The notes: generated by a model from the letters alone, not told the origin. Positions 21,014-30,947 are shown, numbered from the stretch's first letter. The stretch is 64,000 nt of DNA from Candidatus Neptunichlamydia sp. (GCA_965233865.1 OZ247587.1:672001-736000), one strand, 5' to 3'. Numbers and translations are program-made.

Positions 21014-22552
21014 CTAGACTAGTTTTTCTTCAAGATTTTCGAGCGCTTCCACCTCCCTATCAAGATGGATCTTGGCGCTATCATAAAGCTCACGATAAGT
21101 CATTGCCTTTTCAAAGTCAAGGTTAGACCCTCCCATTTCTTTTCGATAATCCTCAACCTGCCTTTTGATCACTTCAACGTGAGATGTTCTTTCCTCGTAG
21201 AAGGCTTCTAAAGCATCTCCCCCTAAAATACCTTCTTTTTTATTAAAAATAAAGCTACGAAGGCTTGCAAAATCTCTTTCAAATTTGTGAATTTCAACTG
21301 CGGAAAGGTTCAATAATTCGTAAGATTTTTTCAGCTCTTCTTCTCTCTTTTCTAAGTCTTCTAAAGCTGTCTCGCTCTCATTTTTGATCCATTGAGTAAG
21401 CTTTTCCTTTAGATCATCAACTTCTTTTAAAGCCGCTGCTTTTTTCTCATCAACTTTAGCTTTGAGTTGATCGAGAACCCCACTGCGAGCTTTTTGAATG
21501 CGATCTTTCAAAATTTTTATATGATCACGACTTAGCGCAGCTCCTTTCATTGCTTCCTGAAGAGCATTTGACTCTCCTAGAACTTTGGACCTCTCTTGAT
21601 TTTCTGAATTTGCGCAAAAAGCTTCAAAAGCCTCGACTTTAGGAAGAAGCTCATCAAAATTCTTCTTCTGCTCTTCAAACCGCTCACCCATCTCAGCGCG
21701 CCGCTCAGTCTCCTTTTCCTTAATTTTGTCCCATCCTTCACTGAGTATTTTTCGCGATTTTGTAAAAGCTTGGGTGTTCAAGGTTAGAATCTTTGCAAAG
21801 CCTTGAAAAGTTTTGATCTCATTTCGAATGACATAGTAGGGAGCGTCGTATTTATCTCCTTTTTCAGGAAAACGTTTCTTTACAAAAGCTTCCACATCTG
21901 CAATAAATGCGTCACTAATTGCTTTGACCAACTCTTTCCGTTTTGGGAAAATCTGATCTCCTAACTTGGAAAGACGCTTTAGGATTTTATTCTTATGGCT
22001 TATTCTCATATCGATTGCCAAGATTTCCTTTCGCAAAGAATCAAGGCGGGAGATTAAGGTCTTTAATAGGGAAAGTTCTCTCTGAACGGAGAGATACTCC
22101 TCCTCTTTGATCTCGAGAGTTTCTACATCTTTAGGGAAAACAACCGAGGCTATCTGCTCCGCTAAGCGGCCGTAATGATCTAAATCAGCTTCTAGAGCTT
22201 CAATTGCAAGTTCTACTTGTTCAACAGAAAATGCTGCTTGTTCGTCTTTGATCTCTTTTAAACGACGTGCTTCATCTCCAAGCTCAGCGTACTCAGCCCA
22301 GAGATGGTTCCGTTTAATCGGATTCATCTGCTCTTTAAAAAGAGGACCACAGAGTTTTTTGACATCCCAAAAATCCTTCAGGGTAACCCCATCAGGTTTC
22401 GAAAGAACTGATCTCATGAAATCGAGGGCAAGCCGTACCTTATCTTCTATCTCTTTAGCAGATTCAAAAGACTCTCGAAATCCTTTGAATTCTTCCGATT
22501 CCATTGGAGGCTTTTTCTCTTTTTCTTTTTTTTCAGTATTTTCTGTTTCCAT
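21014..22552 (-). CDS. Conserved chlamydial coiled-coil protein (CT768-like)
   Basis: 512-aa helical, charged ORF between miaA and the rsfS cluster as in chlamydial gene order; ends GGSNLDFEKAM. Confidence 0.75.
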   Translation of the reverse strand: METENTEKKEKEKKPPMESEEFKGFRESFESAKEIEDKVRLALDFMRSVLSKPDGVTLKDFWDVKKLCGPLFKEQMNPIKRNHLWAEYAELGDEARRLKEIKDEQAAFSVEQVELAIEALEADLDHYGRLAEQIASVVFPKDVETLEIKEEEYLSVQRELSLLKTLISRLDSLRKEILAIDMRISHKNKILKRLSKLGDQIFPKRKELVKAISDAFIADVEAFVKKRFPEKGDKYDAPYYVIRNEIKTFQGFAKILTLNTQAFTKSRKILSEGWDKIKEKETERRAEMGERFEEQKKNFDELLPKVEAFEAFCANSENQERSKVLGESNALQEAMKGAALSRDHIKILKDRIQKARSGVLDQLKAKVDEKKAAALKEVDDLKEKLTQWIKNESETALEDLEKREEELKKSYELLNLSAVEIHKFERDFASLRSFIFNKKEGILGGDALEAFYEERTSHVEVIKRQVEDYRKEMGGSNLDFEKAMTYRELYDSAKIHLDREVEALENLEEKLV

Positions 22553-22611
22553 GACACCTGTAGGGTTTCCGCTCAGGCAAATATAAAGGAAACACTATTT
22601 ATAGTGAAGGC

Positions 22612-23625
22612 TTAATATCGACTTTCATAGTCTTGGAGGATCATTTCAAGAGCTTTTTGATACCCATGAATATCAAGATCAACCCACCTGAAGAGGGGTT
22701 CCCTTCTAAACCAGGTAAATTGCCTTTTTGCATAGCGTCTAGAAGCTTTTTTAAACTCCCAGACGAAATGCTCCCAGTCTTCATCGCTTTGAGGAGAATC
22801 AATAAATTCGATACATTGTCGGTACCCAATTGCCTGCGCTGCAGATAGGTTCTCTCGAAGGCCCAGTTCAAGAAGTCCTTCTACCTCTTCAATAAATCCT
22901 TGTACCATCATCTCATCACAACGCATCTCAATTCTCGAAAAAAGAATATCTTTAGGGAAATAGGTAAACCAGCACCGAAAATCAAAGTCTTTGGGACGGC
23001 TTGGAACATTTCTTTTTGGAAAGTCACTCACTCGCTTTCCCGTCAAAGTCATAATTTCAAGCCCTCGGATAATCTTATGCTTGTCGCGATGGTTGATCGT
23101 CTGTCCATATTCCGGATCGATCAAGCAAAGCTTTTCATAAAGAGCTTCAGTTCCAAATTTTTCTATGTCTTCTTCAAGCTTTTGACGCACTTCAACTGAT
23201 GCCGGAGGCCCTTGTGGAGGACCATAGAGCAGAGCATGTAAATAAAAACCGGTTCCTCCCACCACAACCGGAACGTGTCCCCTAGCCAAAATTTCTCGGA
23301 TAGAGTCTGTTGCTCGTTCATAAAATTGAGCAACATTAAAGGACTCGGCAAGATCACAAATATCAATCAAATGATGCGGAAATTCTACCCGCTCTTCTAA
23401 GCTGGCTTTCGCTGTACCAATATCCATCCCACGATAAACCTGAACCGAGTCGGCAGAAACAAGCTCCCCACCTAAAATTCGCGCCATTTCAATCGATAGA
23501 CGAGTTTTCCCGCTTGCTGTAGGACCTGAAATCACAATCACACGATTGCTCGGCTGGATAGAGTCAATTTTTCTACGGGATGGGGCAGGTTGATGAGCAG
23601 ACTCATCCACGAGATCACTTCTCAA
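22612..23625 (-). CDS. miaA: tRNA dimethylallyltransferase
   Basis: GPTASGKT, DSVQVYRGMDIGTAK, GGTGFY and YAKRQFTWF motifs. Confidence 0.97.
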   Translation of the reverse strand: MRSDLVDESAHQPAPSRRKIDSIQPSNRVIVISGPTASGKTRLSIEMARILGGELVSADSVQVYRGMDIGTAKASLEERVEFPHHLIDICDLAESFNVAQFYERATDSIREILARGHVPVVVGGTGFYLHALLYGPPQGPPASVEVRQKLEEDIEKFGTEALYEKLCLIDPEYGQTINHRDKHKIIRGLEIMTLTGKRVSDFPKRNVPSRPKDFDFRCWFTYFPKDILFSRIEMRCDEMMVQGFIEEVEGLLELGLRENLSAAQAIGYRQCIEFIDSPQSDEDWEHFVWEFKKASRRYAKRQFTWFRREPLFRWVDLDIHGYQKALEMILQDYESRY

Positions 23626-23645
23626 TGAATTACTTCTATTTCTAT

Positions 23646-23993
23646 TTAGTTTGAAAAAGCTTGGAGTGCTTCTTGCTCAGTTGGAAAAATCTGGATGATC
23701 CTTTCGAATCCTGCCATTTTAATGATTTCTATTACCTCTTCACCGACAGAGCAGAGATGGAGCCCACCCGATCCTTTGAGTTTTTTTGTTGTAGATAAAA
23801 GAAGGCGCATTCCAGCACTACTCAAGTAATTTACCTTGGCAAAATCAAGCAGAAGTTTTGTTTTTCCACCTTCCACCTGCTCCACAAGTTTTTTCTCAAG
23901 TAACGGGGCCGATGCAGCATCTAAACGCCCTTCAACGCGAACCAAAGTAATCCCCTGGTCCTCTTCAATCTGTATATTTAATCCAACGGTCAT
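23646..23993 (-). CDS. rsbV: STAS-domain anti-sigma factor antagonist RsbV
   Basis: GRLDA, YLSSAGMRLL phosphoserine motif; next to miaA. Start ATG 23993 has an AAGAGAG SD. Confidence 0.88.
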   Translation of the reverse strand: MTVGLNIQIEEDQGITLVRVEGRLDAASAPLLEKKLVEQVEGGKTKLLLDFAKVNYLSSAGMRLLLSTTKKLKGSGGLHLCSVGEEVIEIIKMAGFERIIQIFPTEQEALQAFSN

Positions 23994-24059
23994 CGAAACA
24001 ACTCTCTTATTTGACCTCAGGATACCGCGGCTCAACTATTTTGTAAACAGATCTGGATA

Positions 24060-24158
24060 TTATTGAACAATTTTTAGCCGCATTTTGCGACCAAGACGTG
24101 CTGCAACAGTCACCGCAATTTGACGAAGTGCTTTAATGATCTTTCCTTATCTTCCTAC
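24060..24158 (-). pseudogene. 3' remnant of a KhpA/UPF0109-type KH-domain RNA-binding gene
   Basis: Hand translation VGR*GKIIKALRQIAVTVAARLGRKMRLKIVQ*; stop TAA (24147-24149) lies in the GxxG loop; no 5' half. Confidence 0.6.
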
Positions 24159-24303
24159 CCGTTTTCTCTTGTATTCCCTTACGATTAAATTTATGAATTT
24201 ATTTTTCGCGAATGGTATTAGTCTGTCTAGCAAAATATCGGAGAGCTATTAATGAGCTCGCTGATCCAACTAGAGCTACTTAAGTAACTGCCAGCACTAG
24301 AAC

Positions 24304-25418
24304 TTAAATTTTAATCTTAAGATAAATCCAATTCGAAAGCTTTGGAAAAACAGAAGAATGATGCTTACCAAAATTTATCTTTTCATAAACTTTATCTCCG
24401 TTAATTTTTTGCCCTTGATAATCATAGTTTATCCCATAGATTGCAGCAGCATCAATATCCTCAAAAATTTCATTGCATGAAGGACAGAGTGATGTAGCGC
24501 AAATTTTATTCAGGTTGATGTTCCCTGTCCCTTTATGTATCCAAAGTCTTTTAGGGAAATTTTGGCACTCAATGTGTTGACAACGCCCTAATATATATAG
24601 TCCTAATTTATATTCTTTTGGAAAATTATTTCTTTCTCTGTCTTCTGAATCTAATGATTCTTCGTCTGTTGAACCATCGAAGTAATTACAAGTCCTTTGG
24701 TAGCACTCTACCTGTCTAATTTGATGTTTTTTTTCAGAGTGTCTGCTAAGCTCTTGAGCAGTATCAAAGGTAATTTTTGCTTCTTTTTGAAATATAAACT
24801 CTCTAAGGCCTTGGTCTGTTATGGAAGCCTTTTCCATCCTTTTCGTTTGCAAGTGTGTATAACCAGGATATCTTCTAGCGCCAAACCATCGCTTTTTTAA
24901 AAGGGTGTAACCAGAAAGAGCAGCTGCTTGAACAATATTGTAAGCATATCCTTGGTAAAAAGCATTTTTTTGACCAGGTTGTATTAGTGTTATATGAATA
25001 CAATCACTATCTCGTTGGATTTTTCTGCAAGAGCTAAAAAAATCCCTAATAATTTCTGGAAGAGTTTAGCCTTTTAGGTCTTGCCCGTCATGAGGGCAAT
25101 TCCAGTAAATTCTAAAAAATACATACATTTAAATTGTTGATAGTGATGGAGTTTTGTGCCATCAACCCCCAGGACAACTTTTACGCCATTTGCTGCCAAT
25201 TTCTTAATATTACACAAAATCCTTGGATGCTAAAGGTCTCTATATGCCTTAATTTCTGTTGCAATAATCGAGTACCTAAGGAACCCTTGACTAGATTTTT
25301 CAAGCTGTTTTTGAACAAAAGATAATCCGTAAGAAAAATCCCCCTCTCCGATAAACAGCCTGGTTTTAGCGGTATTATTATAAAAAACATTGGAAATTCT
25401 ATAAAACTCTATAGACAT
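24304..25418 (-). pseudogene. DUF2431/Bmt5-like SAM methyltransferase fused to a Cys-rich domain, disrupted
   Basis: Reconstructed motifs LFIGEGDFSY, NIKKLAANGVKVVLGVDGTKLH, RIYWNCPHDG, RRYPGYTH, then GLYILGRCQHIEC...CPSC. Stops at 25230 and 25066 and one frameshift near 25115. Confidence 0.75.
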
Positions 25419-25502
25419 TTTAAGGAACCTTTTACTAGAGATTGAAATCAGAATTAATAGTGCACTCTAAATAAACCCATTGATCCAAATTATGAAAAAA
25501 AT

Positions 25503-26281
25503 TCTTGCTTCACAACAGACCTTATTTAAATTCAAGTAAGCTCCCCTTTGTGTGTCCAGATAGGTTTATTGCCTATATTACATTCTGCATTTTTGCAAGC
25601 AGCCAGTACATATAGCCCAGTACAGCGCAGAGAGCTTATGATAAGCATCTCTATAAATTGAGACATCTTGTAGAAAATGCTTTTTTACATTTGAAGCGAT
25701 GGAGAGGAATTGCTACACGCTATGCTAAGCACACATCTTCTTTCTTGGCTGCGGTTCAGATCAGATGTTTGGCTTTATGGGTAGAAATCTCGTGACTACA
25801 CTATCTAGGAGCTCTGCTATCAAAATCTATAAACTCTGAGCATTCTAAATCAACAAATGAGAGTGTTGCCATGGTTCCACCCCTTAATCTAGGATTCATT
25901 TGAATAGTGCTATCAGGCATGATGTTGTAACTGGCGAAGAGTTGCAAAAAGCTTCCTAGAAGAAGACAAATAGTGGGAATTGGAAGGAATGCCTGTTTTT
26001 TAAAAAGTAAGCTCTTTTATCTCTCCTATTTTTGTCTTACCCCTTTTTTCTAGATCCAAAGAAAGCGTTCTTTCCACGGTTTTCATGAAAATTTTAAATG
26101 AAGGTCTCCTTGATAAGGAGTCATTATTATTGGTTTCCTCAACATAAGAAACGTTCCTATTCCTGGGAGTTAAAAAACTATATAATCCCGGTTCTTGCGG
26201 AGGATATTTCCCATAATTGTCATTTGGTCTATACTCCATAGATCTTCCCATAGGAAAAGAGATCTTGTTTATAGAGTTCAT
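25503..26281 (-). pseudogene. Ubiquitin-like domain (RLRGG) plus Cys-rich domain gene, disrupted by IS5, stop and frameshifts
   Basis: FKIFMKTVERTLSLDL...IGEIKELTF*KTGIPSNSHYL / ASYNIMPDSTIQMNPRLRGG (25876-25890)...FDSRAP, then the IS, then GLYVLAACKNAECN...WTHKG / LNLNKVCC. Confidence 0.75.
25618..25808 (+). mobile_element. IS5-family 3' remnant
   Basis: AYDKHLYKLRHLVENAFLHLKRWRGIATRYAKHTSSFLAAVQIRCLALW*, followed by ACTACACTATCTAG ending in a CTAG target-type sequence. Confidence 0.85.
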
Positions 26282-26419
26282 AAGCTCCCCTTTTAAGTTA
26301 AGTCGAACGGATGTTCTAAATCATGATGATTTATTTTCCAATTTTTTTTTGATATATATATCGTTTTGCCCCCTCTTACAGCAGCTAAGGCTAATATAAA
26401 TTTAAGACCAGATGAATAT

Positions 26420-26456
26420 GGTAGTGTTCTCTTGCGCGCAATTAGAAAACACTACC
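26420..26456. repeat. Inverted repeat with palindromic core
   Basis: GGTAGTGTT...AACACTACC arms enclosing TTGCGCGCAA. Confidence 0.6.
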
Positions 26457-26633
26457 CTGTTTGGGTACCTTAAGTATTATAGACGATTATTTTCTCAACT
26501 TTTATGTAATTGAAATTCAAAAATCACTCACATCCAAAACATTACATTATGCGTTAATTATTAATAATTTAAAACATGTTTTTTTTGAAGAAATATAGTG
26601 AAGATGTAGGTAGAATGAGCTTAAGGGGGACCC

Positions 26634-27200
26634 ATGGTTGATATCCATCCAATCCCAGATTCTGAGATGCCCGGAACAACACCAAAGGCTAGCGCCTCAA
26701 ACTTTCAAAGTGAAGCGTTTGGAGATAAGGCTAACGCCTTCTATTCCTGGTATCAGTCAATCCGTCAGCCAAATTCTCCAGTCGAGGGATACCATGGATT
26801 GCAATATATTATGAATATATCTGAGCAAGAAACTGCAACTAAAGAGGAAGGAACCCTCGCTGCTGAAAAACTCAGTCAATTAATGGAAGAGATCGATGAA
26901 GGAACCCAAACCCTCGACAAAATTCCTCATGAAGTAGAAAAGATCGTCGACAGTCTCATTAACCAAAATGCAAAGAGCCGAATCGTGATGCAAGCAACTA
27001 AAATCCAGATTTCTGTCAATCTTTCCGAATCTAATACACCTGAAGAAATCCATCAGGTAATAAACTCTCTTCTTGGAAGAGTCACAAAGGAGATGCCACA
27101 TATTAAGGCTGAAGAAATTAGCCGCACTCTTCAGGATGCTATTGACCATCCAGAAGGGTCTAAGAGTCTTCTGCAGAAGGTTCTGTCACTCTTGAATTAA
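26634..27200 (+). CDS. Hypothetical protein, possible T3SS substrate
   Basis: AAGGGGGA SD; Pro/Ser/Thr-rich disordered N-terminus followed by a helical body. Confidence 0.7.
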   Translation: MVDIHPIPDSEMPGTTPKASASNFQSEAFGDKANAFYSWYQSIRQPNSPVEGYHGLQYIMNISEQETATKEEGTLAAEKLSQLMEEIDEGTQTLDKIPHEVEKIVDSLINQNAKSRIVMQATKIQISVNLSESNTPEEIHQVINSLLGRVTKEMPHIKAEEISRTLQDAIDHPEGSKSLLQKVLSLLN

Positions 27201-27277
27201 ACATTGCTTAGTGATCTCTCCCCGTGCCCAATGTAAAATTAAAGAAAATATTTACATATTAATACGTTAGCCCTGTC

Positions 27278-29086
27278 TTATTTTCGAGAGGAAGACTTTC
27301 TCTGAGTCTCATTGAGTACTTTCTTTCTAAGACGGATATGATTGGGAGTCACCTCAACAAACTCATCATCTTGTATGAAATCAATTGCCTGCTCAAGAGT
27401 AAGTACTGTTGGTGGAGTGAGTGTCAAACTTTCATCTGTGCCTGAAGCACGAACATTTGTGAGTTGTTTTTCTCGAGTGATATTAACGACTAAATCATTA
27501 TCTCGGCTATTTTCGCCGATAATCATGCCTTCGTAAACATCGTCACTCGGTTTTACAAAAATTGTTCCTCGGCTCTGCAGATTAAAACAGGCATAACCGG
27601 TTACTTTCCCCTGATTCATGGAAATGAGGGCTCCATTTTTTCGACCTGCAATCTCCCCTCGGTAGGGACCATACGAATCAAAAACTGAAGTTAGAATTCC
27701 CAGTCCACGTGTCACTGTTAAAAAATCATTTCGATATCCAATAAGACCTCGGGTGGGAAGGGAAAATTCTAGAGTTGTAATATTGTGCTCGTTCGTGTGG
27801 AAGTTTAGCATCTCCCCCTTACGACGGTTGATCTCTTCAATAACCGTACCGGAGAATTCTTCGGGAACTTCGATATGCGTATGCTCAATCGGTTCTTCTT
27901 TGTTCTCTTTCAGAATCACTCGAGGCTTTGAAACAAGAAACTCATATCCTTCTCGACGCATCCCTTCAATAAGGATCGAGAGATGCAGCTCTCCCCTTCC
28001 TGCAACTTGAATCGCATCTTCTCTTCCTTCAACCTCTTCAACATTTAAGGAAATATTGGATTTCTTTTCATGAAGGAGGCGCTCACGAATTTTATTCATC
28101 GTGACATACTTTCCATCTCTTCCTACAAAAGGGCCAGAGTTCACTGAAATTTCAACTGATAGAGTAGGCTCCCCAAGTTCAATCAATGGAAGCTGCTGCA
28201 TATGATTAGGATTGCAAAGAGTATCCCCAATCATCACGTTGGGGGAACCAGAAATACTTACAATATCCCCTACTCCAGCTTCTTCAAGTTCCACTTTCTT
28301 GAGACCATGATATCCATCAATCCGTGTCACTTTATGTTGGGTTGGATGCCCACTCTTCTCAATCATTGTGAAGGAATCTCCTTTTTTGACGATTCCTTCA
28401 AGGATTCGGCCTGTCGCCTGCCTTCCCAAGAAATCACTATGAGAAATAGTGCTTGCCTGCATCAAAAAAGGAACTTCTAAATTCCCAGGAGGGTGAGGAA
28501 CTTTTTCAATCACCAAATCAAATAATGGTTTCATGTTCTCTTTAGGATCCCCTTCATTGAGGAAAGCATATCCTCCAATTGCAGAAGCATAGCAGTAAGA
28601 GAAGTCGAGCTGCTCATCGCTCGCTCCTAATTCTACAAAAAGATCGAATGTTTTATTGAGAGCATTTTCAGGATCAGCGTGAGGCTTGTCAATTTTATTC
28701 AAAACAACGATAGGATTGATCCCCATCCTTAACGATTGAGAAAGGACAAAACGCGTTTGGGGCATCGGTCCCTCAGCAGCATCGATAATCAGTAGGACGC
28801 AATTGACCATCCCTAGAACCCGCTCTACCTCTCCTGAGAAATCCGCGTGTCCCGGAGTGTCAATGATATTAATCTTGCATTTATCAACAAATAAACTCGT
28901 ATGTTTTGCAAAAATCGTGATCCCACGCTCTTTTTCAAGCTCGTTGGAGTCCATTGCCCTTTCAGGTATGGCTTCATTTTCTCGAAATATCTCAGCTTGT
29001 GCCAAGAGGCAATCGAGAAGTGTTGTTTTCCCATGGTCAATATGGGCAATAATCGCAATATTACGAATCTTTTCTGGAGGATACAT
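27278..29086 (-). CDS. typA: Translational GTPase TypA/BipA
   Basis: IRNIAIIAHIDHGKTT, DTPGHADF, GRGELHL and LTNVRASGTDE motifs. Confidence 0.97.
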   Translation of the reverse strand: MYPPEKIRNIAIIAHIDHGKTTLLDCLLAQAEIFRENEAIPERAMDSNELEKERGITIFAKHTSLFVDKCKINIIDTPGHADFSGEVERVLGMVNCVLLIIDAAEGPMPQTRFVLSQSLRMGINPIVVLNKIDKPHADPENALNKTFDLFVELGASDEQLDFSYCYASAIGGYAFLNEGDPKENMKPLFDLVIEKVPHPPGNLEVPFLMQASTISHSDFLGRQATGRILEGIVKKGDSFTMIEKSGHPTQHKVTRIDGYHGLKKVELEEAGVGDIVSISGSPNVMIGDTLCNPNHMQQLPLIELGEPTLSVEISVNSGPFVGRDGKYVTMNKIRERLLHEKKSNISLNVEEVEGREDAIQVAGRGELHLSILIEGMRREGYEFLVSKPRVILKENKEEPIEHTHIEVPEEFSGTVIEEINRRKGEMLNFHTNEHNITTLEFSLPTRGLIGYRNDFLTVTRGLGILTSVFDSYGPYRGEIAGRKNGALISMNQGKVTGYACFNLQSRGTIFVKPSDDVYEGMIIGENSRDNDLVVNITREKQLTNVRASGTDESLTLTPPTVLTLEQAIDFIQDDEFVEVTPNHIRLRKKVLNETQRKSSSRK

Positions 29087-29194
29087 CCCACTATCCTACT
29101 AAGATTTCTCTAATAAAATCAACTATAAACCTATGCCAATAATAAATTGCTTGAAATTTGACAATGTTAGGGAAAAAATCTAGGGTGAGGGTCT

Positions 29195-30751
29195 ATGAAT
29201 CTAATTAAACAAAAAATTAATTGGCTTGCAATAATCGGACAGCTGGGGCTCTTACTCCACGTTCCTGCAGGAATGGCCATAACCGCTTTAATCATTGCTC
29301 TGATTTTTGAGGAATGGTTTGCCCTTGTCCCCTTTGGAACTATTGTGGCTTTTTCTCTTGCTTTAGGCCAACTATTATATCGGTTGAGGAAAAGATCAAA
29401 AGCCGCTCATCTGTGGGATGCTATGGTGATTGCTGGACTTGGGTGGCTTACATGCTCGCTTATTGCTGCTATCCCTTTTTGTTGGATCTCCCATCTTCAA
29501 CTTCAAAATGGGGTGGAGTCGGAGGTTCTTCGAGTGTTCCGCAATCCTTCCAACGCAATTTTTGAGTCAATTTCAGGCTTTACAAGCACAGGATTTACCA
29601 TGATGCAACGCTCGGGACTATTTCCCCATATCTTGCAATGGTGGCGCTCTCTTTTAGAGTGGACGGGAGGCCTTGGACTTGTCGTTTTTGTGCTTGCGCT
29701 TACTCACCTAAAGAAGGAAGGGTTTCAGCTCTATTATGCTGAGGCGCGGAGCGAGAAAATGACAAAAAATATTGCAGGAACAGCCCATTGGATTTGGGGA
29801 ATCTATTGCATTTTTACCGGAATTGCTTTTCTCCTCTTTCTCATCGCTGGAATGCCTCCTTGGGATGCTATGAATCACGCAATGACTGTCATTTCAACTG
29901 GGGGGTTCACAATTACCCAAACAAATTTTCAGGGATACACTCTTTCTACTCAGGTAATTGCAATGTTTATGATGCTTATAGGGGCGATTAGCTTTGCGGT
30001 GCATTTCCGGGTGATTCGAGAGCAGGAATATGGGATTCTATGGAGAAGTTGGCAACACCGTTTACTCTATATCTTTGCAATTGGTGGAGGCCTTCTCATT
30101 CTCATATTAAATTGGTGGAACGGGCTCAGTGAACATAAGGTCGATGCCGTTTTTGAGTGGATCTCTGCTCTTACGACTTGCGGGTATTCTTCGATGAGTT
30201 TTTCTCTTCTTAGTCCAATGGTTAAGCTGTTTCTCATAATGGGGATGTGTATTGGAGGAACAACGGGCTCAACAGCAGGTGGGCTTAAAATTCGCCGTCT
30301 TATTTATCTTTTTTCTGGTGTTATCCTTCGAGTTTTAGCAATCACTTCGAAAAATGAAAAACACATCACCAAAGGGTTTAAAGAAAATACATCTCCTCCG
30401 AATCAAGAACCCCCAGGAATTATCCTACCTCATACGCAAACGAGCGAACGTCTTTTCACTGCAGGAATTCTATTTTTTCTATGGATATCTACTCTCTTTT
30501 TTGGGTGGTTTCTTATTTTAAGATGGGTTCCAAATGGGCGCGGCCTTGATGTCCTTTTTGAAGTGACAAGCGCGATGAGTAATGTGGGTCTTTCAAGTGG
30601 AATTGTTCACCCAGACCTTCCTACTGCAGGAAAGTGGATTTTTATGGCTTTAATGTGGATGGGAAGGCTAGAAATTATTCCCGCACTTATACTACTCTTA
30701 ACATTTCCAATGATATTTACTCGGAGCTCGAAAAATAGAAAACAGCCTTAA
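29195..30751 (+). CDS. trkH: TrkH/KtrB family potassium uptake membrane protein
   Basis: Four pore-loop motifs (SGFTSTG, ISTGGF, LTTCGY, MSNVGLS), GSTAGGLK and MWMGRLEI. Confidence 0.9.
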   Translation: MNLIKQKINWLAIIGQLGLLLHVPAGMAITALIIALIFEEWFALVPFGTIVAFSLALGQLLYRLRKRSKAAHLWDAMVIAGLGWLTCSLIAAIPFCWISHLQLQNGVESEVLRVFRNPSNAIFESISGFTSTGFTMMQRSGLFPHILQWWRSLLEWTGGLGLVVFVLALTHLKKEGFQLYYAEARSEKMTKNIAGTAHWIWGIYCIFTGIAFLLFLIAGMPPWDAMNHAMTVISTGGFTITQTNFQGYTLSTQVIAMFMMLIGAISFAVHFRVIREQEYGILWRSWQHRLLYIFAIGGGLLILILNWWNGLSEHKVDAVFEWISALTTCGYSSMSFSLLSPMVKLFLIMGMCIGGTTGSTAGGLKIRRLIYLFSGVILRVLAITSKNEKHITKGFKENTSPPNQEPPGIILPHTQTSERLFTAGILFFLWISTLFFGWFLILRWVPNGRGLDVLFEVTSAMSNVGLSSGIVHPDLPTAGKWIFMALMWMGRLEIIPALILLLTFPMIFTRSSKNRKQP

Positions 30752-30947
30752 AAGCTACGTTGCTACAATTCTTCTATGTTTCTTCTTAGGGACCTTAGGA
30801 ATTCACCGATTTTATGTCAGCAAAACCGGAACAGGAATTCTCATGCTTACCACAGCTGGAGGCCTAGGGCTTTGGCAAATTATTGATTTTGTTGTTGCCA
30901 CTGTTGGTCACTTCCGCGATAAAAAAGGACGCTATATCAAACCGTGA
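30735..30947 (+). CDS. TM2-domain small membrane protein with ATA at the start position
   Basis: (I)ENSLKSYVATILLCFFLGTLGIHRFYVSKTGTGILMLTTAGGLGLWQIIDFVVATVGHFRDKKGRYIKP*. GGAG lies 8 nt before ATA; the stop overlaps the next GTG. Not in the ORF track. Confidence 0.75.
   Translation: MENSLKSYVATILLCFFLGTLGIHRFYVSKTGTGILMLTTAGGLGLWQIIDFVVATVGHFRDKKGRYIKP

Noticed and set aside
26531..26560. dif-like site (minus strand AACGCATAATGTAAT)
   Set aside because: Only the XerC-like arm matches; the XerD arm TTATGTTAAAT is absent.
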